A stretch of 63,075 nt of DNA, the filler included, from Basidiobolus ranarum (Eukaryota), in assembly GCA_040143965.1 (NCBI GenBank). It is 23 parts of 23 records of this genome, joined end to end, with 100 filler letters (N's around TTAATTAATTAA, not from the genome) between each part and the next. Parts side by side here need not be neighbours in the genome. Positions count along the whole stretch, not along the records: positions 11,021 to 13,674 come from JASJQH010003099.1; positions 13,775 to 16,427 come from JASJQH010003100.1; positions 16,528 to 19,180 come from JASJQH010003101.1; positions 19,281 to 21,933 come from JASJQH010003102.1; positions 22,034 to 24,685 come from JASJQH010003103.1; 18 more parts are not named here. One strand, 5' to 3'. Made by a program: the position numbers and the translations under genes. This document shows, piece after piece, positions 12,251-24,785 of this stretch (the stretch's first letter is position 1; every line of letters starts with the position of its first letter). The notes beneath the pieces were generated by a model, which was given only the letters and a program-made list of their open reading frames with translations, searched no databases and was not told where the DNA came from.

Positions 12251-13944
12251 CGGAACAAGTCTTTTAATTTGGTCTTTAACTTTGAAGACCTGCTTAAACC
12301 TATTAGCTTTCTTGCTCATAGTAGGAACTTAAGAACCAGGATTGTGAATCATCATTCAATGTACTTGGGGCTGAAATTGTGGTTAAAGTGGGCCCAGATA
12401 CAGCTGTAAATTTGCCAACCACTTTCTCCCCATTGCTATTTGTGTTTTCTGGATCAAGAACTGGTATCTCAGGTAAATATCTGCTTTTTCATGAAAAATC
12501 ATATCTCTGCACTTAGAAAACATCTGAATTTTGGTAAGAAACAGTATATAGGCACTAGATTTATAACATTAACCAAGAAATATGCATTGCATGCTTTTGC
12601 TTTCAAATTTAGGGCATATAGGGCTTGGATTCAGCAATTGACAATTAAACAAAAGATCCGCAGATGATCTACACATGGCTTTGATCTATACAGTGCTTCA
12701 AATGGAACAAAATTTATAGCAATCTTGTTGGGAACTTTCAAAAAAGAAAGTCTTCACTATCAAACTTCTCTGTGTGTGCAAAACATAGGTAATAGTACTG
12801 GTTGACATTTCTTTAACAGCAAGCTTGGGGCCCACTATCTAGTAAATGTGCTCAGGGGAACTGGAAGTGTTTTGGACCAGATTTGAAAATGTGAATTAGA
12901 CACTGAAGTTTTACCAAATCAAACATATCCTATTCATAGTGTACTGTGAAATAGGACTTTTGGATGTACTTATCTCTTAACAAACATGATGGTAAAGCAA
13001 GGGTGAAAATTTAAGTGGATTTGGAGACATTTTGACAAAACAGTCAAAGTTGACAAAAGTGGTCAAATTGACAATTCTATTGAATAGAGCAATAAATGCA
13101 CATCATTGAATGGCAGAATTGAGTGCTAAATAATCTGAATATCACAAAAGTAACTACTAAGTAATGAGTTTCTATTTAACTAACTTCAACCACATTATCC
13201 CAATCAAGGATGTGGAGAAATAAGCTTTGCAATTGCAGACTATTTGGATGTATATACAAATGGTGATCAAGAAAAGTATGCATATTCTGGGCAATAAGAA
13301 GCAGTATTTAAGGATCACTCTTACAAAGAATCCAATATATAAATCAATAATATCCTTATGGTGTGAAGCTAGAAACAAGACTCAGGAAGGAGTAGATTGT
13401 CATATGTAGTGAGCCCAAATTTAACTCATGGCTTAATTGATCAAAGTATTTATATTTGCCTGCTCAATACTACATTATGACTTTGGCCCCATATGTGGAT
13501 GATGCAAACCTGGCATAGAGTATTCTGTAATACCTGGAGCTATCAAGTTGTCCTTGGTCCAATTGAATATCACGAACATATTCAATAGATACGTGTATTG
13601 ATTCCTAATGGTTTAGTTACACGCAAGTTAAACGAGTAATCCAAATATTAAATGTGAAGGATAGCAATTCACTCNNNNNNNNNNNNNNNNNNNNNNNNNN
13701 NNNNNNNNNNNNNNNNNNTTAATTAATTAANNNNNNNNNNNNNNNNNNNNNNNNNNNNNNNNNNNNNNNNNNNNGTAAACTCAACCAGTAGGGTCTTGAC
13801 AAGGATGCACTTAGAGCAATTATCCAAAGGTGGAAGGTACCTTTGCCTTAGCAGAGAAGCTTGGGAAAGATGGGGAAAAGGAGAGAAGCCAACCTTGGGG
13901 GTTTCAATGTTGGAGAACAGAGATGGACAGAAGTCTGATCAAAC

Positions 13945-14479
13945 TGTTACAATAAGGAACTGGACAAGGACTGGGAACAACAACAAGAGGCTAGAAGGCA
14001 GGAGAGCACTTGGGTGTAGACCACAAGATAAGACAAGACAAGACTGGACAAGGAAGATACTTTGGCAAGAATCTTTATTGATAACTGCCATTGATCAGAC
14101 TGAGGTCTGATCAAGGAATACATTGGGCTTATATAGATATTGCAACATGAAACATCATATACTGAATAGGGAATATACTTTGATAAGTTTGAGAGTTGGG
14201 GTGTTAGGGACTAAAAGGACCAATACAAAGAGGGATGATGGAAGGATGGTCAGGTAACCTTCAATGGAAGGTCTTGGTGGAAATACACTATGTGTGGGAT
14301 GACATGATTGGTTAGGTTTCATAGAATGTTCCAAACAACATGACTTCCATACAAGGTAATCTGGATGAACTAACACCAGACTGCCAAGAAGGGATGGCAC
14401 AGCAGATATAATGTCATAATCTAATAATAGAGCAGTTCTATTTGCAGTGGATCAGTATGCCAAGATCAGAATCATGACA
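13945..14479 (+). mobile_element. LTR family B (about 535 bp)
   Basis: TGTTACAATAAGG...AGAATCATGACA. Homologues at 47029-47758 (reverse, with TSD), 29946-30185, 60062-60342 and about 8078-8166. Confidence 0.85.
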
Positions 14480-16300
14480 GTTGCATTATAATATCCCAAA
14501 AAAAGACATTCCTGGCTTTTTTGGTCTAATTTTGACCTCTTCTGTCAGGAGTCATTGCATATGTGGTACTTCCAAAAACTCTGACATTAACCACATTAGG
14601 TTTACTTCTAAATCAAGCTTGATAAGGTGTCATAGCCAATAGATTTCAAGAAGGACATCTCTTTCAAATATATACTGCAGTGCAACCAATCAAGCCCAGA
14701 ACTGTATTGGTAAATCTTGATCTTAAGCATTGATCTTGCTTGTTCCATTATTGATCTGTTTGCACATTCTGCTACTCCATTCTGCTGTGGGAAATACGGC
14801 ACTGTAGTCTGCTGTTTTATCCGATGTGTTGAGCAGAAGTTAGGGAAGAGCTTTGCAATATATTCCCCTCCATTCTCAGTACTAATAATCTCAATCTTTA
14901 GACTTGCTTCAGTCTCCAACATTGCTTTGAATTTCTTGCTGGTATCAAAGGTTTCATTCATACTGGACAGAAAGTACACCTAAATATATTTTGTTTCATC
15001 ATTAATAAAGGTCATCAAATACCTTTTTCCACCCAAGGAATTTGTCCTCATTGGGCAACAGAGATCTGAGTATATCAGGCCCAATATTTGATCACTTTTG
15101 CCCATTCCTGAGCCCACAAACAGCTGTCTGTGTTGCCCACCATATAGCCAACCTTCACATAGCTCCAAATCTGGTGGAATTACAAAATTTAGTGCCAAAA
15201 CAACTTGTTTTAGAATACATTTCTCATATTTTCAGCTTCTAGATGACCCAATCTCCTATGCCAGATTTTCCAGTATATCTCTTCAACTGTGACAGTATTA
15301 ACTTGTTCATATATGGGCCTAATATAATTCAGTTTATAGAACTTATTTTGCTCAGCTCCAGAAGCTACATAATTCCCTTTTTGATCCCTGATTGTGCAGC
15401 CATTTTGATCAAAATTAAAGTTATATCCCTTAGATGTAGCTTTACTCACTGAAAACAAATATTTTGCTATCCCAGGCACATGTAGCACATTTTCAGTGTC
15501 AAATACATGTCTGCAGAGATGCCCCCAGGATCCACTTCAATTTCTCCCACTCCCAGGGCTTCTACTGGCTGGTCATCTCCCATATAAACCTTCATATTTT
15601 TGTCAGTTTTGAGTGTCTTAAACCAGATTTTTTATAAGAGAAATATTGAGAGGCTCTAGAATCAATATACCATGGCCTACAGTGTTGCTCAAAGGTCACT
15701 TCTAGGTCAGAAATGAATAAAACATCCTCTTTGGTTAAACCTGATTTGCTTACTCCAAATTCTCATTTTTGTGGTAATTTCTTGATTTCTAATCTTTTAA
15801 CTAGTGTCCTGGTTTGCTACAACCATAGCATAAACCTGGTTTCTGTCTTTTGTAACCTTTGTAAGTGCCAAAGCTACATTCTCTAGCTCCAAAAGAGCCA
15901 CTTCCTCTGATTCTTTTTCCAAATTCTTTCTTCTGAGGTGGTGATCCATAAGCCTTGCCACCAAAAACTCCAAAGACAACTTGTCAGATCTTGCTTCCAA
16001 AGCTGTGACTAAGTTTGAATACTGTTCCGGTAGACTACCTAGAAGAGTCAAAATGACATCTTCTTCCTGTAAAGTTGCACCAATATTTTCCAGTTTTTTT
16101 GCCAAAGATCTCACATTTGCAATATGAATACCATGCTGTCAGACTTTTCCATCTGCGTGTTGAAGAATTTTGTCAGAGAATGAGTCTATAAGCAAGACTC
16201 TTTGCTTCATAACACTCTCCCAAAATAGTCCAAGCTTGATGGGAAGTCTTTGCATATTGAATATTCACAAGTTGTGAATCCTTCAAACTTTGACAAATGA
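14480..16300 (-). mobile_element. Ty1/copia family 2 gag-protease-GAG-pre-integrase-integrase, degenerate
   Basis: LLGSLPEQYSNLVTALE, WYIDSRASQ, LHVPGIAKYLFSVSK, WHRRLGH, LGLIYSDLCCPM, ENGGEY...PQQNGVAECANRSIME. Confidence 0.93.
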
Positions 16301-16527
16301 TATTAATGTTAAAGTATTAATATATCAGCAATCATGTCTTCTGTAGAACAATAAGTTAAGTCAATAAACTTATTCTCTATAGTCTCTCTAATGAAGTGAT
16401 GCTTAATATCTATGTGTTTGCTTCTATNNNNNNNNNNNNNNNNNNNNNNNNNNNNNNNNNNNNNNNNNNNNTTAATTAATTAANNNNNNNNNNNNNNNNN
16501 NNNNNNNNNNNNNNNNNNNNNNNNNNN

Positions 16528-17375
16528 TCCAGATGATTACAGGCAAGATTCCAGACAGTTTCCAAAATATGAAACCACTCATCATCAGAGCAAGTGACAG
16601 CAGCTCTGAAATTCAGAGTCTTTTGGTTTGCTGGTTTTCCTATGAGATTTCTACTTTTGTGTGCCCAAGCAACGTTGGGTTGTTGTGTAGGCCTTATGGT
16701 CCAACTCATATTCTGCTCTGCTAGATTGTCTTGGTGTCATTTGTATGTATGGTGTGGGATTGACTGAAATCCCATATGAGAATGGATGGAGGGGGCAGCA
16801 TGTTGCTGTAGCTCAAGAACAGCATTCTGAAGATCTTGTATCATTGTTGAGTGACTCTCTAACTGTTGACTAGTTGCTTCCAAACGCTGCATTAATTGCG
16901 ATATTGCGGCGTTATTGCTTGTCATGGCCTGTATAGCAACTTCATAGTTTTTACTTATGATTGCATACAAATCATTATGGTATTCTACCTGTGATTCCCT
17001 TGTTGTAATAATTCTATTCAAATTTCCTATGGAGGGTTGTTCAATAGTATGCAAAGTAGCCATTATGGAAGTTGATGGTCTCAATGGTGTTTTGGTTGAA
17101 CTTGGCTCAACTATTGACTTACTATGTTAATGGGGGATTACAATCCCTTCACTTGCACTATTGCTGGAAAAGAACACATCTGGTAAATTGATTAATGCTT
17201 CATCATTACTTGAGTTAGTTTCTGGCATGTTAATGCCATCCAAAGTGGATAGTGGATTGCTAGACTTCTCATCAATTAAATCCTTTGTTCTTGCTGGTTT
17301 TTTTCCTTTTGTGCCAGCGGGCTTTGGCTTGGAAGCTGATTTTGACTTAGATTTTGAATGCTTTTTGAATGGCAT
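16528..17375 (-). pseudogene. Second ORF of the CACTA element (basic N-terminus, Ser-rich, coiled coil), divergent from the transposase
   Basis: MPFKKHSKSKSKS...; NNAAISQLMQRLEATSQQLESHSTMIQDLQNAVLELQQ. A second copy at 24036-24685 has the same orientation relative to transposase sequence. Confidence 0.7.
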
Positions 17376-17699
17376 TGTAATTTTCAGATGGTAAACTTGG
17401 TGTAACAAAATTGCTCAGAAACAGCTTATAATAAGCCAAAATTGCCATCCATTACCAGAAATATCTTATGAATCCCCTGATGACTCATCTGTGACACTAC
17501 CTCAGAATCAGCAGATGATATTGATGGGCTATACCTAAAATACCACCCTTACATGGGATTTGTTCTTTTTTCTACAATATCCTTATCATGCCGCAATACA
17601 AATGTTTAAAGAAGCCCTGCTATTATTGTCAGAAATTCTTGTGCTATGAAAGAAGGAGGCTTCATAGAAAAATAATTACATGCATGCTCACTGTACAAA

Positions 17700-19180
17700 G
17701 CCACCAACTGCACAAAGCCTGGTGTATAATAACAGTCATAAGTGCACTAAATTGACTTCAGTTTTACCTATTGAGTCCACTGACTGTAGTTTGCCTCAAA
17801 GTTTTGGTAACACTGCCAAAAGTCAAGATACCATGGAGTAACAACAGTTATATGACCAGAATGATGTAGGTCAAAATGCAACTTTGGTTGTACCAGTAAG
17901 TCCAGACAACTTTGAGGACTTGCTGCTGGATGTTGACCTTGGTTATTCCAGTACCAATGGTGGTATATCAGAAGTTGAAGAAGAAGATGATGGTTTTGGT
18001 ATGGACTCTTTGTTATCAGCAAACATTAGTCCCCTCATAACACTTACAGTAAAGGTAGCAGCTTTGATTATTGAGGAGTGGAGAGTTGAATCCAATCTTA
18101 GCAACCAAGTGTTTATTGGTTTTCTTACACTTTTACCACAGGTTGATTGGCAACTGTTGATTGCCACAGACCTGGTACAATTGGAAAACACTTGCCAATT
18201 GTATGACTTATAATTCTTCAGTAATTAAACTGCCTTCATGTCCAAATGGTTGTTTGGCTTTCACTGGTGAACTGAACAACCTGAAGTCATGTACTGTTTG
18301 CACACAATTGGCAATCACTAAATCAGGTAAATATTGTTCATATTTGGCTTATACATCATTGATTCCCTGTCTTAAAGTTTTGATGAAATCACCTAAATAT
18401 AGATCATTGATCCAGTACTGAAGTGCTCACCATAAAGCTGATGGCATTACCAGTTTACTTGATGGATATCACTACCAGAATCCAGAAAGTCAAGGTTTCT
18501 GTGAGAACATGTATGATCATGCATTTGCATTGGCTGTGGATGGTTTCTCACTAAACAAATATATCATTGGAAAGGCTTGCTGGCCAATAATTTAAATCAA
18601 CTTAATTCTTCCTCCTTCTGAATGGTATAGGAGTCATAATACTTTGATACTATCAATCATATCTGGACCTAAATTACCAGTGCTTATAGATAGCTTCTTA
18701 GAGCCTTTGATTTTGGAATTTAAACAGTTATCTAATGGGGTTCAGATGGGGGAATATTTTATTAAAGCTAATATCATTGTATGTATTGGTGACACCCCTG
18801 CCATCAGTAAACTTGCAGGTTTTTGTGGGCACAATGCACTATCTTGCTGTAGATTTTGTCAAATCAATGGAGTTTACTCTAACAGGTACTTGCATTACTA
18901 CTATCCAAATACAACACTTAACTTCATGATTTTACCATCAAGAGCCCGGTCATATTTAGACATGATCACTGATATCAATTCACCAAATAGTCAGTCTAAC
19001 ATCAAACTTGGTATTAGCCATAAGCCTAAGATCATATTGCTAAAGGGCATCAGCTGGAGCCAGAGCTTCCCATTAGGCACCATGCACTTACTATTCAACA
19101 ACATTCCAATTCTACTTACTCAGCTATATAGTGGAAAATTCAATATGAATGAGCCATTTGAGATAGGATCAAAGTTTAAA
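17700..19180 (+). mobile_element. CACTA/EnSpm Tnp2-family transposase, N-terminal part, degenerate
   Basis: SCPNGCLAFTG...CTVC zinc motif, HAFALAVDGF...WPII..NL.LPP, ILSIISGPK...DSFLEPLI.EF, GDTPAISKL.GF.GHN...CRFC. Start is approximate. Confidence 0.92.
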
Positions 19181-19280
19181 NNNNNNNNNNNNNNNNNNNN
19201 NNNNNNNNNNNNNNNNNNNNNNNNTTAATTAATTAANNNNNNNNNNNNNNNNNNNNNNNNNNNNNNNNNNNNNNNNNNNN

Positions 19281-19433
19281 TGGGACCTTCCTTAACATAT
19301 TCTACACGTTAGTTTGTTTACATCTTGACAAAACTATAAATGTCAACTTTCTACTCAATAAATCAATAAGTGAAAACCACCAATTCCTCTAGTTCTCCAA
19401 ACCACTTCCAACAGGCTCCCAAATACTTTAACA
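19281..19433 (+). mobile_element. LTR family A, 3' part
   Basis: Ends GGCTCCCAAATACTTTAACA. Confidence 0.85.
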
Positions 19434-21694
19434 AATACTAGGCTCTCTATGAATATATAGGTGTTTAGGCAATGCTATATTCAACAGTTTCATCCATGCT
19501 GCGATTTCCTATATGACCTACACTTCTCTCAGACATTATGGATATTTGGTTCAACTTATCCATGCTTTTGCACCTGGCTCAATATATCTCACCAAGTACA
19601 ATACTACTACTCAGGCCATCACAGATATTTGCTAGTGTGCACTCTGTCTTAGTATCATAGTAGCGATTATTGAAGAAAATGGATACTTCTTCAATCTTAC
19701 TGTTCTGATTTATTAAAGTTATTGTTCTAAAACGGAATGATATGATTAAATTCAACTGAAAAAATTCCCAGAGAGTTTAACATATAATTTCCTTTTAAAT
19801 CACTAAGAATGTATTACTTCTCACGGGATATTATAAGCTATATCAACTTGTTGATTTCTAAGGTGAATCTTTATCATGGATTACTTCTGAGTGAAATGAT
19901 TTGTTTAAAGAGTTTATTTTCAGACTTGAGTAGTCAATGATGGTAGAAAATTCTAAAATAACAAAAAATGAAACCTATCTTAGAAAGTAATGAGTGATTT
20001 AGCTAATAGGGATATTTGAAATGATGAAAGGAAACCGTTGGCACAACACTGATTCTGCAATAGAAATACACTCAATTGTTACTAAGAATACAAATATCGA
20101 AGGTGACAGTTTGATGCGAACAAAGATATTGTCTGCCAGGGTTTTGAATATAAATCAGACCGAAGCAGTGAATGTACAGTTAAATTAAATCATTTATAAG
20201 CTATGATACATATCAGGCAATACATGACTAAAAAGTCATAGTAGAAGTAATCAACGCGGGCAGTAAGATACTTCAATCAAAATATAAAGTGATAATTATT
20301 ATTATGTACCTTTCACTTATTAATCATTACATTTGCTCCATCGTGCCCAGAGCTATTAAACCTGGACTCCAAAGTAATAAGATCATCCTCATATGATTCT
20401 ACCATTTTATTGCTATTTAAACATCAGCATAGCCACATCTCTTTGGCTTCCTCAGTAGTATCTCATAAGTCAATTGAGCTTGCATTGCCCAGCCTAAGCG
20501 ATGCTGCTAGAAGATATGTTTACCTTGGTCAAACAACCACTTTAATTACTAGAAGGTATGACTTTACCTGCAAAAATTCAACCAGCTGGACTGTTGCTTC
20601 AAGCACAATAATGGGTCCCCTCAGAAGGTAAATGTAGCACAAGAGTGAATATCAGTTACTTTGTTAGTATCTCTAACAAACTCCGCGCAGTAAAGATAAA
20701 GGTGCTCAGAATGGATGTAAATTAATAGAACAAAATAATGATACTCAACACTGCTAGATTTTCCTTAACATTTCGCATTATGTTAGTTTTCTGACTTGTA
20801 GTATACCCCGATATTCAGTATTTAACAAATTGAAGAAGAGATAGATGTAAGATTTACAGCGAAGAATACTGATAAAAAACGTATTCTAGTTGTAAAGTCG
20901 TCAGTAAATTTTGAAAAAAGAAGCGTCGCTTATTTAACAACTATATTGGATAATATACACATTGTAAGTGTATAGACTAATAATAATCTCGCATAAACCA
21001 AATGCTGACCAAATATAATTATTGTACTTTCTCTGAAGCCCTCTTTTGTGCTGTTACGCCCCCTGAATATAGTGTGACCAATACTGCGGTGAAGCTAACA
21101 TAATCCCCAGAAGTGTTGGAATTTGGGACATCGGTGAGCCTAAGTATTTCATATGTTGAGCCTTAGAGATTTATTCGAGATATTGAAAAGTATTCACACC
21201 TCACTCGCTCCTTTATAAGTTTGAAGGATAGTGACATAAAATCCGACCGAAAAGTCCCAGTGAACATGTAAAGAAGTTTTTGATTTATTTACAATATCAT
21301 CATGAATATAATGGATCAGCCTAGTTGCGAAAAATCAACAATGAATATGAATGATGGAGTAATAGAACAGATTAAATGGGGGGAGGGTTAGTAATGTTGA
21401 ATATAAACTGAATGATGCACATATGAGGTTATACAATGAATTGGGTGAAATTGTTATTGTTGTTTCCTACCATTTACTAGTAAAAAGAAAAAAAAGGTCA
21501 CCTGCAATCTGGAGATAGTTGAACGTATCTATCGATACAAATCCACTGCTCTCTCAATTGAAGGCGGAATAATCATTTCATGGAAGTAAAGAGTAAGAGC
21601 CCGTCAAGAACACAAATTGGCAAAACTATTTTCCTATTGGCTTGTTATTTGGTACGTTCTACAAAATAAAAGCCTACTCTGTGGAGTATCAATA

Positions 21695-21933
21695 TTAGTT
21701 ACCACGTTGAACTCGATTCAATCTGCTTTGGACGAATGGCAAGAGCAATATCAACTTGGTGAATAGCGTCAAGGTGGGAAGAATACTGGCTATGACGGAG
21801 ATAGGTGGCACACGTCTCGTAGTGTTGACCCCCCAAAGAGGCGCAACAAGCATCAAATCGTGAGCAAACCGTGCGGTCAATGCTGCCCAACCCATCAAAG
21901 ATAGGACAAAAAAACATAAACGCCAACTCAGGC
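21695..21933 (-). CDS. C-terminal part of a STEAP-like (ferric reductase transmembrane) metalloreductase
   Basis: Frame is open from the contig edge: LSWRLCFFVLSLMGWAALTARFAHDLML...VPPISVIASILPTLTLFTKLILLLPFVQSRLNRVQRGN*. By eye it matches the STEAP C-terminal pattern L.WREF.FVQS.LG..AL.....H...PP......LP......K...LLP....RL..IRRG. CpG-rich like host genes. Confidence 0.7.
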
Positions 21934-22033
21934 NNNNNNNNNNNNNNNNNNNNNNNNNNNNNNNNNNNNNNNNNNNNTTAATTAATTAANNNNNNNNNNN
22001 NNNNNNNNNNNNNNNNNNNNNNNNNNNNNNNNN

Positions 22034-22130
22034 ACTTGACGTTTTATGATGGGAAGTAAACGGTCAATCCCAAATGGAATAAAATTGTGATGGGGTTCCT
22101 ACAATAACAATCCTCAAATTTCTGTTAGGG
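22034..22130 (-). mobile_element. Probable left terminus of the CACTA family
   Basis: Reverse complement starts CCCTAACAGAAAT, 12/13 identical to the right end CCCTAACAAAAAT. Homologue at about 3155-3283. Confidence 0.65.
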
Positions 22131-22817
22131 CATGCATCATTTGGAAGACATGGTAAGACTATGACCAATTTGGCATATTTTGGGAAGAATGCAAAAGGCT
22201 AGGATGTCTCACAGATAACAAGAAGTCTAAAGCATGGATACTTACAGAGAGGCAAAAGCTTTATAATGACATTTTTTCCCTTGGAGCCAGAGTAGAACAT
22301 AACTTTGGTTTTCTCAAGGAATATAGCATTGTAGCAGGTAAGAATAGAGGAACATATATTCAAAATCATGCTTAATTCTCACCACTTTCATACTGAAAGA
22401 TATTCAATAAGAGCTCTAGATTTAGAAACTATGAATAAAGCTTTCTACATTTTCTATGAGCAATAATATCTAAAAGTACTTTTTCTAAATATACCATGTA
22501 AGCTGACTACTATTTCTGAAATGGTAATTAATATCATGCCCTATAGAGCCAATTTGTGTGGGCACACTTTTTAGCTGGTATGATCTGGCTCAATAAAATT
22601 GAACAAGTCTAATCTACAACAGAATACTTATTTCATTGCTGTAATACAGCTATTTTTTGCAATATTAAGAAATAACTCACCATAGCACATTCAGCAAGAG
22701 ATGCCAAACACATATACCGCTTTAAGGCATCAAAAGAAGCAATATGATTAAGAAAACTGCAAACAGACTTTTGCTGGTCTCAAAAATCTCCTACTACAAA
22801 ATTTTAAGATAATCAAA
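22131..22817 (+). mobile_element. Highly decayed copia RT/RNase H remnant
   Basis: Remnants such as SKEAI*LRKLQTDF...PTTK.*DNQ. Confidence 0.6.
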
Positions 22818-24685
22818 CCCTTAAAAAAATAAAATTAATTTGATCCGGATCAGATACACCCTTCTTAATTGCAAAACTTTCAGAGAATTGTCACAATTTT
22901 GTTGGCTTGCATTCTACCAGGGATTTTGATGTTGTGATGGTGGTGTCTTGATGGTATACTGATGGTATTCATACATGTTAATATAGTGATCCTCATATTT
23001 GGCATGCATTATAAATTTCTGGCAATTTTTGCAAAATATAATTTTTGAATGGAAAGTTACTGGGTTTATTGCTGTAGGAACTCAAATTAATATGCATGCC
23101 TTTATTTAGATATTTTATGCTTTGTATTCTAGCCACAATGAGAATCAAAAAATACAAGAATCTTATTATGTTTAGTCTCTACATATGCACATACTTGAAT
23201 AATCAGACATAACTCAAAAACATCAATATGCTTTACTAGCAAACCAATGGTGGAAAAATTGCTAAACATCTGAAATTTTGGATAGCACTGACACTTGGCA
23301 AATAGCTGACTCTTTTTACCATTCATAATAAGAATAAGCTCCCGGATTTTGGCAAATTTCTGTAAAGAATTCAACCAATATATCCCAAATTTGCAGTCAA
23401 CATATGTCCTGCCATTAGCAGATGTGTCATTACCTGAATAGATTACCTTATGGCTAAAACTATAATACTGCATATCTACATCTATCTGTCTTGCAGATTT
23501 CCTATAACTACCATCAGATTGTTTCACAAGCAAATTAGTCCAATTTATGGAGGTACTTACTCTGTGTCCATGAATTGGGCTTTGTTGCTTTTATTGTGTG
23601 CATCATTAATCAGATTAGCATATGGTAATACCAACAATTTTGCATGAAGCATCGTTTCACCACAGGTGTGCTGCATAGGGAACTCTCAGAATGTATAGCA
23701 AGGGCCTATAATCTCTAGGCATTGTCAAAGATGCAGCAGGGAATGTATTGAATACTGGCATAGATTCAGTCTGTCTCCTTTAAATCTGTAATCAGGTTCT
23801 TCATATCAAATTACAAAATCTTTCCGCAGTTGCTGTATCTGCCTAAGATCGGCCAATGTGAGTTGATGCCATAAGAATATTTTAGCAATATTGACAAACA
23901 TCTGCCAATGTTGCCAGTACTTTTCAGGCAGAAATGTTTTAAGATTCCACTTGAATATGTACATATCAATTTTGGTTTATCATTAGCTGTTTTTAAGTAA
24001 TTTCATTACACCAAGTTTATCATCTGAAAATTTCAATGCCATTCAAAAAGCATTCAAAATCTAAGTCAATATTGGCATTCAAGCCAAAGCCTGCTGGTAC
24101 AAAAGGAAAAACACCAGCAAGAACAGAGGACTTAATTGATGGCCAATCTAGCAATGCACTATACACTTTGGAAGGCATGAACATGCTGGAAACTAACTCA
24201 AGTAATGATGAAGCTTTAATCAATTGACCTGATGTGTTCCTTTCCAGCAATAGTGCAAGTGAAGAGATTGTAATCCCCCAACTACATAGTAAATCAATAG
24301 TTGAGCAAAGTTCAACTAAAACTCCATCAAGACCATCAACTTCCAAAATGGCTACTTTGCCCACTATTGAACCACCCTCTGCAGAAAATTTGGATAGAAT
24401 TATTACAAGGAAATTGCAGGCAGAATACTAAAATAATTTTTATGTGATCATAAGTAAAAACTACAAAGTTGCTATACAGGCCATAAGAAGTAATAATGCC
24501 ACAATCTTGCAGTTAATGCAGCATTTGGAAGCAACTAGTCAACATTTAGAGAGTCACTCAATAATGATACATGACCTTCAGAATGCTGTACTTGAGCTAC
24601 AGCAACATGCTGCTCCCTCCATCTATTCTCATACAGGATTTCAGTCAATCCCACACCATACATATGAATGTCACCATGCCAATCT
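22818..24685 (-). mobile_element. Internally deleted CACTA copy (right end, transposase 3' part, fused to ORF2 region)
   Basis: Terminal sequence at 22818; transposase C-terminus on minus to about 23968; ORF2 on plus from 24036. Confidence 0.85.
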
Positions 24686-24785
24686 NNNNNNNNNNNNNNN
24701 NNNNNNNNNNNNNNNNNNNNNNNNNNNNNTTAATTAATTAANNNNNNNNNNNNNNNNNNNNNNNNNNNNNNNNNNNNNNNNNNNN

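Noticed and set aside
13796-14400. ORFs within LTR family B
   Set aside because: Chance frames in a repeated LTR; no protein motifs.
20300-20800. Possible spliced minus-strand gene
   Set aside because: I could not build a stop-free spliced frame with a recognisable product.
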